DNA of 40,573 bases from an uncultured Synechococcaceae cyanobacterium (GTDB taxonomy: Bacteria; Cyanobacteriota; Cyanobacteriia; PCC-6307; Cyanobiaceae). Position 1 is the stretch's first letter; each line of letters starts with the position of its first letter. A program made the translations under genes and the position numbers. Under the pieces are notes generated by a model that had not been told where the DNA came from, searched no databases, and saw nothing but the letters and a program-made list of their open reading frames with translations. The stretch is from positions 1-40,573 of the forward strand of contig CACBGC010000001.1 of the NCBI GenBank assembly GCA_902538695.1. The letters are read 5' to 3'. Below are positions 32,807 through 40,573 of the stretch, piece after piece.

Positions 32807-32941
32807 TTTTTCAATTCTTATTAGTTTATCGTTAGCTGTCTTCAGTCAGCTTCAACTTTCTTAACCCTTTTTTAAGTAAAATTACACTATATGCAGTGTC
32901 AATATATTCTAATTATACTGCATGTAGAAAGAATCTAAATA

Positions 32942-33523
32942 ATGGTAATTAGTTCATCCCATATTTATACAAAGAGTAATCTTGATGTTGTAAATATAAA
33001 TACTGCTAACAAAAATAACTTAAAAAGATTTACACAAAACGGACAAATTCAAATTTTTCACTCTTCATATCGAGGAAGCTATCCATCTATCATAAGAGAC
33101 TCTCTGAGAAATGCTGCTCTTGGTAGGAAAGTGCTGTTAGTACAATTTATGAAAGGAGGGGTCAAGCAAGGAGTTGATAATGCAATAAAGCTATGCGGTA
33201 ATTTAACCTGGATCAGATCATCACATTCATTTGATCAATATAACTCTGAAGCAATTGAAAATAATAAAAATATAAAAAAATCTATTCATGAATCTACTAT
33301 TGAATTATGGAATTTTTGTAAAAAAGAACTCCAGTCTGGCGAAAATGATCAAATCATACTCGATGAAATTTTTTTAGCTATTGAAAAGAAAATTATCGAT
33401 AAAGATGATTTGATTTCAACACTTGAAAACCGATTTATATCAGGAGATGTAATCCTTACTGGTACAGATATACCTAAAGATTTATTATTAATGGCCAACC
33501 AAATCACTGAACTTCGCGCATAA
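32942..33523 (+). CDS. CobO/BtuR-like cob(I)alamin adenosyltransferase family protein with a degenerate P-loop
   Basis: GRKVLLVQFMKGG, IILDEI, DVILTG and ANQITELR. Confidence 0.82.
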   Translation: MVISSSHIYTKSNLDVVNINTANKNNLKRFTQNGQIQIFHSSYRGSYPSIIRDSLRNAALGRKVLLVQFMKGGVKQGVDNAIKLCGNLTWIRSSHSFDQYNSEAIENNKNIKKSIHESTIELWNFCKKELQSGENDQIILDEIFLAIEKKIIDKDDLISTLENRFISGDVILTGTDIPKDLLLMANQITELRA

Positions 33524-34107
33524 GATAATGTTAAAAAATGATCTCTGGATAAATCAAAAAGCCTCGGAAGGAATGATAAAGCCCTTTCAATTCCCCATTG
33601 TAGTAATTCATATCTTCGCCAGAGTTTTCTTTGAAAGAAAAACACCTCATGATAAAAAAATCTTGGAGCAATTAGCCAAATTGGACCAAAAGTACTGACA
33701 ATATGATCTGGATCATTTTTGGGGTGATTTACGTGAATATGATGTTGTAGATGAACTCTCGTAAAAACTGGGAAGCTAAACCCTAATAGAATAGCTGAGC
33801 CATGCCCCATTGCTTGATTTATCCAAGGAACTGGATGAGCAGCTTTATGACAGGCATCATGAATAACAGTACCTTCAATATGTAAAGCTAAAAAAGCAGT
33901 GGCTACAAGTAAAGGTAAAGGCCAAACACCTCTATACCATTGCCATATGCTAAGAAACGCTAGAAAATAACCGCCAAAAAATAAACCTAATGTTGGATTC
34001 CAAAAACTTGGCGGATCTACGTAATTTTTAATCTCTTTTTGCCAATTAAATGTTTTTGAAGAATTAGTATTTTTCGTTGTATTTTTACTGGTTAAGTTTG
34101 AAATCGT
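33349..34107 (-). pseudogene. crtR: Beta-carotene hydroxylase CrtR, 3'-truncated near 33580 and extended by an antisense-derived tail to 33349
   Basis: Frame is open from 34119. It contains WNPTLGLF, His boxes HDACH and HLQHH, NDPDH and RFFYHE. The FFDYLPH motif and the third His box are absent. Confidence 0.88.
33528..33590 (+). pseudogene. dcd: 5' fragment (21 codons) of dCTP deaminase, broken at a junction
   Basis: ATG 4 nt after the cobO-like stop reads MLKNDLWINQKASEGMIKPFQ, recognisable as the cyanobacterial Dcd N-terminus. The frame then runs into antisense crtR and stops at 33698 (56-aa chimeric ORF). Confidence 0.8.
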
Positions 34108-34262
34108 TTCTTTTATTCTTTAAATAATATAACTAATATTTTTAGATGATTGCATGCTTAAACATAAAAAATTTCTTTTAGGAGATTTTTAATGTGTCAA
34201 ATTAATCATCTTAAGAAAAAAAATTTTTAAAATAAACCTCTTTCAATTATTATTTTATTTGA

Positions 34263-34344
34263 GCGGTCGTGGCGGAATTGGTAGACGCGCGAGTTTTAGG
34301 TACTCGTATCTTCGGGTGTGGGAGTTCAAGTCTCCCCGACCGCA
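34263..34344 (+). tRNA. tRNA-Leu(TAG)
   Basis: Acceptor stem GCGGTCG/CGACCGC, anticodon arm CGAGT-TTTAGGT-ACTCG, long variable arm and T-loop GTTCAAG. Confidence 0.97.
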
Positions 34345-34415
34345 CTTAAGGAAATTCTGATAGATAGTTTGTTTCTTGATATCAACTCTTATAATTTAAT
34401 TAAGCAGTTAATTTA

Positions 34416-34865
34416 ATGAATAGTTTGATATTTTATTTGGGAACTTTTTATATTTTGGTTGGGACCATTTTTCTAACTGTACCGATAATTTATCTTGAGC
34501 TCGGTAAACCAAAAGACTTAATAAAAGCTTTTTTAAATTTATTAATAGGTTTGATATTAATAATGAAACATAAAACACTAGATGAATCATTTTTTGTAAT
34601 TTTCCTTTTTTTTACAGTACTAGTTGTTTTTTATCTACTAGAGCTTTTTACATCTAGATGGTACCAATTGACAGATAACGAAAAGAAAAAATTAATTACC
34701 TTTTTGGAGTTTAAAAATAACTTTATGAAAATATTAGAATCCATAAATCTGGTATTTTCTGATTTCACTAATTCTTCAAATTTTTTTAATTTTGGTAGCA
34801 ATAACAAAAATACAACCCAAAAAAAATGGGTAAGAAATGATAAAAATGATAATATAAAAGTCTGA
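34416..34865 (+). CDS. Ycf66-like membrane protein
   Basis: Three hydrophobic segments, ELGKPKD, SRWYQLTDNEK and KKWVR. The family name is from memory. Confidence 0.7.
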   Translation: MNSLIFYLGTFYILVGTIFLTVPIIYLELGKPKDLIKAFLNLLIGLILIMKHKTLDESFFVIFLFFTVLVVFYLLELFTSRWYQLTDNEKKKLITFLEFKNNFMKILESINLVFSDFTNSSNFFNFGSNNKNTTQKKWVRNDKNDNIKV

Positions 34866-34985
34866 AATAAAAAATTTGGTTATTTGAAACATCCCAAAAA
34901 AACTACAGGTCAATTAAGAAAGAATATAATGAATTAGATTTATTTAAATAATTCTTTTGATCACCAATATTTCTTATATCGTCGA

Positions 34986-37892
34986 ATGAAATCTCAAAAT
35001 AGCAAAGAACAAAAATCAGACTTTTCTTATAAAGAAACTTTAAATTTATTAAAAACTGACTTCTCAATGCGCGCCAATTCAGTTGTAAGAGAACCTGAGA
35101 TACAGAATTTTTGGGCTAATAATGATATTGATTTCCAATTAGGTTCAAACAATTCAGGCGAAATATTTACATTACATGATGGCCCTCCTTATGCAAATGG
35201 AGCTCTTCATATGGGTCATGCCCTTAATAAAGTTTTAAAAGACATAATTAATAAGTACAAAACCTTAAGAGGATTTAGGGTTCATTTCGTACCTGGTTGG
35301 GACTGTCATGGATTACCGATTGAATTAAAAGTTCTTCAGAATTTAAAATCTGATGAAAGAAAGAATCTTGACACTCTAAATTTAAGAAAAAAAGCAACAG
35401 ATTATGCCTATATCCAAATTAATAATCAAAAGGAGGGTTTCAAAAGGTGGGGTATATGGGGAAATTGGGATAACCCTTACTTAACTCTTAAGAAAAGTTA
35501 TGAATCTGCTCAAATTGGAGTATTTGGGAAAATGTTTTTAAATGGATATATATATCGAGGTCTTAAACCTGTCCATTGGAGTCCAAGTTCGAGGACTGCA
35601 CTTGCAGAAGCAGAATTAGAATATCCGGATGAACATTATTCAAAAAGTATTTATGTTTCATTAAAAATTACTAATATATCTGAGCAAATTCTATTAAATT
35701 TCAACCAAGAAAATCTTAATATCAAAAAAGATTTTTTTCAAAATAATTCTTTTATAACTATTTGGACCACTACTCCTTGGACCATACCTGCAAATGAAGC
35801 AGTTGCAGTAAATCCAAAAATAAAGTACGTTTTTGCTATCGATGAAGAGAAACAAATTTTCCTTTTTGCAAAGGATTTATCTTCTGAAATAAGTAAGAAA
35901 TTTAATAAAGATTTCAAGGTGCTTTTAGAGGTTAGAGGCTCTGAATTGGAAAATATTGAATATCAACATCCTACTAAGGATAAAAATTGCAGAATCTTGA
36001 TTGGGGGAGATTACATTACGACAGAATCAGGTACTGGAATTGTTCATACTGCACCCGGTCATGGGATAGATGACTTTAATGTGGGGCAAAAATATGATTT
36101 ACCTATTACATGTGTTGTTGATGAAAAAGGGAACTTAAATGAATCTTCTGGACAATTTCAAGGATCCAATGTCCTGAAAGATGCCAATGATTTAATTATT
36201 GAATATTTAAAAGGAAATAATTTGCTTCTATTACAAGAAAATTATAAACATAGATATCCGTATGATTGGAGAACCAAAAAACCGACTATTTTTAGGGCAA
36301 CAGAACAATGGTTTGCCTCTGTAGATGGCTTTAGATCATCTACATTAAAGGCAATCGAAGATGTTGTATGGATGCCAGAGACTGGAAAGAAAAGAATTTA
36401 TTCTATGGTTGTTGCGAGAGGAGATTGGTGTATTTCTAGACAGAGGTCATGGGGTGTACCTATTCCAGTTTTTTATAAAAAAAATGGTAATGATATCCTA
36501 CTTAGCAACGAGACAATTAATCATATTCAAGAACTTTTTAGTGAACATGGAGCAGATATTTGGTGGGATTGGGATGTTAAGAATCTTTTGCCTGAAAGTT
36601 ATGCAAAAGAATCGGATCAATGGAAAAAAGGGACAGATACAATGGATGTTTGGTTCGATTCAGGATCTAGCTGGGCCGCAGTATGTGAACTGAGAAGTGA
36701 ATTAAAGTATCCAGCAGATCTTTATTTAGAGGGCTCAGATCAGCATCGAGGATGGTTTCAGTCTTCTTTGCTAACATCTGTTGCAGTCAATAATAAACCT
36801 CCCTATAAGAAAGTTTTAACTCATGGTTTTGCACTTGATGAAAATGGAAGAAAAATGAGTAAATCCTTAGGAAATGTTGTTGACCCAAATATAATTATTA
36901 ATGGAGGTAATAATAAAAAAACTGACCCAGCTTATGGTGCTGATGTTTTAAGGCTATGGGTAAGCTCTGTAGATTATTCAGTTGATGTTCCAATTGGTTC
37001 AAATATACTCAAGCAACTTTCAGACGTTTACAGAAAAGTTCGTAATACTGCAAGATATTTGCTAGGTAATATTCATGATTATGATCCTAATATTGATAGT
37101 TTTGAAATTGATCAATTACCTCTCTTAGATCAATGGATGTTAGGCAGACTAGTTGAGGTTACAGATGAAATATCAAATGCTTATGAAAATTATGAATTTT
37201 CAAAATTTTTCCAAATCTTGCAAAGTTTTTGTGTTGTAGATCTATCAAATTTTTATTTGGATATTGCGAAGGATAGGCTGTATGTAAGTTCTAAATCACA
37301 ATTTAGGAGAAGATCATGTCAGTTCGTCATGTCAAAAGTTGTTGAAAATTTAGCTGTACTTATTTCTCCAGTACTTTGTCATATGGCTGAAGATATTTGG
37401 CAAAATATTCCATATTCAACTAAAGAAAAATCAGTATTTCAAAGAGGATGGCCAATATTTTCGCAGTCATGGAAAAATCAAATTCTTAATGAACACATTG
37501 CAAATTTAAGAAATTTGAGAGTTGAAATTAACAAGGCTATAGAAGGATGTAGAAACAAACAAATCATTGGAGCAGCTTTGGAAACTGAAGTTAATTATTT
37601 ACCTGAAGATAAAGTTTTAAAAGATTCACTTACGTGGCTAAAAGAATTTGGCAATCAAGATGTAGATTTATTTAGGGATTGGCTTATAGTATCAAACTTC
37701 CAAGTGGTATCTGATTTAGTGGAAAATTCTCTAATTATTGATAACAGTGCACTTGGAAAAATACAAATATTAAAAGCTCAAGGTCAAAAATGTGATAGGT
37801 GTTGGCATTATCAAAAAGAAACTTTTATTGGAATACAAAATACAAAATTATGCAAAAGATGTTCAAATATTATTAATTTTGAATTTATTTAA
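34986..37892 (+). CDS. ileS: Isoleucine--tRNA ligase
   Basis: HIGH motif as [32 protein letters not shown] and a C-terminal Zn finger CDRCW...CKRC. Confidence 0.99.
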   Translation: MKSQNSKEQKSDFSYKETLNLLKTDFSMRANSVVREPEIQNFWANNDIDFQLGSNNSGEIFTLHDGPPYANGALHMGHALNKVLKDIINKYKTLRGFRVHFVPGWDCHGLPIELKVLQNLKSDERKNLDTLNLRKKATDYAYIQINNQKEGFKRWGIWGNWDNPYLTLKKSYESAQIGVFGKMFLNGYIYRGLKPVHWSPSSRTALAEAELEYPDEHYSKSIYVSLKITNISEQILLNFNQENLNIKKDFFQNNSFITIWTTTPWTIPANEAVAVNPKIKYVFAIDEEKQIFLFAKDLSSEISKKFNKDFKVLLEVRGSELENIEYQHPTKDKNCRILIGGDYITTESGTGIVHTAPGHGIDDFNVGQKYDLPITCVVDEKGNLNESSGQFQGSNVLKDANDLIIEYLKGNNLLLLQENYKHRYPYDWRTKKPTIFRATEQWFASVDGFRSSTLKAIEDVVWMPETGKKRIYSMVVARGDWCISRQRSWGVPIPVFYKKNGNDILLSNETINHIQELFSEHGADIWWDWDVKNLLPESYAKESDQWKKGTDTMDVWFDSGSSWAAVCELRSELKYPADLYLEGSDQHRGWFQSSLLTSVAVNNKPPYKKVLTHGFALDENGRKMSKSLGNVVDPNIIINGGNNKKTDPAYGADVLRLWVSSVDYSVDVPIGSNILKQLSDVYRKVRNTARYLLGNIHDYDPNIDSFEIDQLPLLDQWMLGRLVEVTDEISNAYENYEFSKFFQILQSFCVVDLSNFYLDIAKDRLYVSSKSQFRRRSCQFVMSKVVENLAVLISPVLCHMAEDIWQNIPYSTKEKSVFQRGWPIFSQSWKNQILNEHIANLRNLRVEINKAIEGCRNKQIIGAALETEVNYLPEDKVLKDSLTWLKEFGNQDVDLFRDWLIVSNFQVVSDLVENSLIIDNSALGKIQILKAQGQKCDRCWHYQKETFIGIQNTKLCKRCSNIINFEFI

Positions 37893-38197
37893 ATCCAGTT
37901 TTTTTGATTCAAAAAGAAAACTGAGTTTTCGTTTTCTCTTATAAAATTTTCTCCGGTCTCTGTTAACGGTGCTTTATAAAGCTTAAAATTATTAATTATA
38001 TAATTAAGTGCTATTACTTTTTTATCTGAATCTATTTCAATTGGATGAGTTGTTGAACTACTGAAACCTCTGAAAATAATAATTTCTAATTGTTCTTTTT
38101 GATTTTTTTTTTGAATGAAACCCTCTAGTTTGAGTATCCTATCAGGTATCTTGGAACTAATTTTTTCAAGACTATTTATTAAATCAATTTTTGTCAT
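37889..38197 (-). CDS. Conserved hypothetical cyanobacterial protein
   Basis: [15 protein letters not shown] motif. ATG at 38197 is likely; the ORF track starts at 38224. Confidence 0.72.
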   Translation of the reverse strand: MTKIDLINSLEKISSKIPDRILKLEGFIQKKNQKEQLEIIIFRGFSSSTTHPIEIDSDKKVIALNYIINNFKLYKAPLTETGENFIRENENSVFFLNQKNWI

Positions 38198-38807
38198 TTT
38201 CTGAGAAGTAAGAGTTTCTTCCATTTTTAGGTAATTTGATTATTGACCATTGAATGAGGCCTAAAATATAGATTAATAATGAAAATAATCCTAAGAATTT
38301 TGCTATAGGCTGAGTAAAGTTAGCTCCAAAGAAAAAATTAAATAAATTTTTAAAAATAAGATATAAATTTGAAGAAGGCTGAAGCCATATTGCACATGCA
38401 TCAGAATTAATAAAAGAAAAGCAGTTAAAGTTTTGTAAACTCTGAATAAAGAAATTGAGAGATATAAAAGTTATCGTCCATCTCCAAATTTTTGTCGTTG
38501 TGGTGAGAGAGTAAGAAAAATCATATTCTCTTAACTCATCATTAATGTCGTCCCAAAACCAAACTGAAACTGTCATTAGTAATGTTGAAATATTTGTTAT
38601 CACGAGAGCATAATTATATTTACCTATTAATAGAAGAAGGCTTATAAAAAATAAAAGGGATATTTTCCAATAAATTGAAAGAAGTTTATTAACTGCTTTA
38701 TTTCTTTTTTTAATTGACCACAAGGATAGAGTAATTGGAATACCAATAAGGAAAATTATTGAAAGTTGAAAGGATAGCCAAATAGAAAGTTGATTAAAAA
38801 CGTTCAA
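38184..38807 (-). CDS. DUF3177-like membrane protein
   Basis: Multi-pass membrane ORF with IYWKIS, SVWFWDDINDEL, WRW and KLPKNGR. Confidence 0.78.
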   Translation of the reverse strand: MNVFNQLSIWLSFQLSIIFLIGIPITLSLWSIKKRNKAVNKLLSIYWKISLLFFISLLLLIGKYNYALVITNISTLLMTVSVWFWDDINDELREYDFSYSLTTTTKIWRWTITFISLNFFIQSLQNFNCFSFINSDACAIWLQPSSNLYLIFKNLFNFFFGANFTQPIAKFLGLFSLLIYILGLIQWSIIKLPKNGRNSYFSENDKN

Positions 38808-38929
38808 AACTTTTTCTTTTTAAATACATAATAATTAAACATCAAACTGTTACTTTTGAACTTACTATTGTCATAGTTATGAATATTATGCATCCTTATA
38901 TTATTGCCTAAAAATATATTAATAACTTT

Positions 38930-39559
38930 ATGAGACAGCATGTTAATCCTCTTAGTAGTAATTTTAATCAAATTGAGAGAATTCCTTCTTTGAGCGACAT
39001 GTTTGGAAATTCTAAATTGAATCTTCATTTGGATATAGGTTGTGCTGCTGGTGAGTTTTTATTCGATTTAGCTTTAGTTAATACTAGTTGGAATTATTTG
39101 GGAATTGAAATTCGTGAGAAATTAGTCAAAAATGCTAAATTAAAAGTGATTGAAAAAGAAATCAAAAATCTATATTTTTTATTTGGTAATGCTAATAATA
39201 TTTTGAATGATGTCCAAAGTAAATTTATTATCAAAAATCTAAAAAGCATTTCTTTTAATTTTCCTGATCCGTGGTTTAAAAAGAGACATTTTAAAAGGCG
39301 TGTAATTCAGCCAGAATTTATTAATATTCTCTCATGTTCATTACAAAAAGGGACCCTAATTTTTATTAAAACAGATGTAAAGGATCTATTCGATTACATG
39401 GATAGCACTATATCAAGTAATTTTTATTTTAAAAAAATAGATAAAAAAGATTTTAATTATTCCGAAAGTTTTAATCCAAGTAAAGTTAAAACTAATCGTG
39501 AAAAGTATGTGATTGTTAACCAACTCGAAATTTTTGAAAGGATTTATATAAAAAATTGA
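38930..39559 (+). CDS. trmB: tRNA (guanine-N7)-methyltransferase
   Basis: [28 protein letters not shown] and TNRE. Confidence 0.96.
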   Translation: MRQHVNPLSSNFNQIERIPSLSDMFGNSKLNLHLDIGCAAGEFLFDLALVNTSWNYLGIEIREKLVKNAKLKVIEKEIKNLYFLFGNANNILNDVQSKFIIKNLKSISFNFPDPWFKKRHFKRRVIQPEFINILSCSLQKGTLIFIKTDVKDLFDYMDSTISSNFYFKKIDKKDFNYSESFNPSKVKTNREKYVIVNQLEIFERIYIKN

Positions 39560-39566
39560 TTAATTA

Positions 39567-40573
39567 TTAGTTAATTATTTTATTAATTTCTAAAAAGAGT
39601 TTGTTTGTTATTTCGCTAGATAAGGAATTAACTGCCTCATGATTTTTGGCTTCAACTAGAACTCTAATTAAAGGTTCTGTCCCACTAGGCCTTATATAAA
39701 CTCTACAATTATCCGAATGTAATGCCTGAAAATTTTCTATAGTTTGATCGATTAAGATTTTTGTTTTTGGATTTAATTTTTTAAAATTAAAATCTAATTT
39801 GATATTGGTTAGTTTTTGAGGAAGAGGTTCGAAACTACTTTTAAGCCAGTCATTTAAATTAATATTTTTTACTTTACAATATTTAGAAATTTGAAGTGCA
39901 GTCAATATCCCATCTCCGGAAAAGTTATTAATTTTTGAGAGTATATGACCTGACTGCTCCCCTCCTAAATCAGCTCTTTTTTCCTTAATTGCGTCATGTA
40001 CATATTTATCTCCTACGTTAGTTCTATGTAAAATTCCTCCAATTTTCTTCCAAGCACTTTCAAAACCTAAGTTTGCCATTTGCGTTGATATTAATAAATT
40101 ATTTGTAAGCATTTTTTGTTCCATTAGCTCTCTGCCCCAAAGAAAAAGAATGTGATCTCCATCTAAAATATTACCTTTGGAATCCATTCCAATTACTCTA
40201 TCGGCATCTCCATCAAAGCTAAAACCCATATCTGCAGGATTCTCTCTTAATGCTTTTTTTAATGGTTCGAGGTTAGTAGAACCACAATTCATATTAATTT
40301 TCAAACCATTATTAGAGTTATTGATAACTCTTACTTCAGCACCAAGAGCCTGAAAAATTTTTTTTGCGCAGGTTGTCGCTGATCCATAGCATGTGTCTAA
40401 AATTATTTTCAACCCACTTAGATTTTCTCCATCCATTGTTTGGATAAGGCTTTTAATATAAATATCCATAAGACCTTTATTTGTTTTTAGGGGGATCACT
40501 TTTTTAGGACCTGATATATTTTGATTCGACTCTTCAATTAATTTTTGAATTTTATTTTCTAGATACTTTGTAA
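39567..40573 (-). CDS. glmM: Phosphoglucosamine mutase, 5'-truncated by the window edge
   Basis: Frame is open to the window end. It contains [28 protein letters not shown] and RPSGTEP. Confidence 0.92.
   Translation of the reverse strand, partial: TKYLENKIQKLIEESNQNISGPKKVIPLKTNKGLMDIYIKSLIQTMDGENLSGLKIILDTCYGSATTCAKKIFQALGAEVRVINNSNNGLKINMNCGSTNLEPLKKALRENPADMGFSFDGDADRVIGMDSKGNILDGDHILFLWGRELMEQKMLTNNLLISTQMANLGFESAWKKIGGILHRTNVGDKYVHDAIKEKRADLGGEQSGHILSKINNFSGDGILTALQISKYCKVKNINLNDWLKSSFEPLPQKLTNIKLDFNFKKLNPKTKILIDQTIENFQALHSDNCRVYIRPSGTEPLIRVLVEAKNHEAVNSLSSEITNKLFLEINKIIN

Noticed and set aside
33349-33810. 153-aa ORF as a novel fusion protein
   Set aside because: Its C-terminal half is just the antisense of dcd and the cobO-like gene past the junction, and its start omits conserved CrtR sequence.
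7029-34344. Three tRNAs as possible island integration sites
   Set aside because: Each is followed by core genes, with no integrase, no duplicated tRNA 3' end and no evident compositional shift.
36361-36693. 110-aa alternative-frame ORF within ileS
   Set aside because: The ileS main frame is intact and this ORF has no motif or independent signals.
1459-39028. Remaining 60-105 aa ORFs nested in or antisense to identified genes (for example 11740-12057, 24131-24445, 38804-39028)
   Set aside because: They overlap well-supported genes and show no independent coding evidence.

Overview
AT-rich, very densely coded core-chromosome segment of a streamlined marine picocyanobacterium. Gene content, order and sequence style fit a high-light Prochlorococcus (inference). 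It runs hisB(partial), carotenoid oxygenase, rdgB, phosphohexomutase, TM0106-family protein, ygfZ, pyrE, tRNA(CAT), CNNM/hemolysin, oxidoreductase, psbK, tgt, cobS, Hik2-like kinase, DUF3155, esterase, purH, DoxX, ispH, amt1, sfsA, murJ, tRNA-Arg, glyA, cinA, leuCD, LptD-like protein, psbI/N/H, pth, yqgF, DUF3084, ntcA and a cobO-like gene, then crtR, tRNA-Leu, ycf66, ileS, trmB and glmM(partial). I see no CRISPR array, mobile element, prophage or island, and no convincing novel system. The main anomaly is a breakpoint at about 33580-33591: the first 21 codons of dcd (+) are joined to a 3'-truncated crtR (-), and the crtR-ileS-glmM block appears inverted relative to the usual order. This is most likely an amplification or assembly chimera, though a real inversion is possible. 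Smaller points: NtcA-type promoters at amt1 and ntcA, no canonical start for crtR, a structured leader before DUF3155, and degenerate catalytic motifs in the TM0106 and CobO-like proteins.
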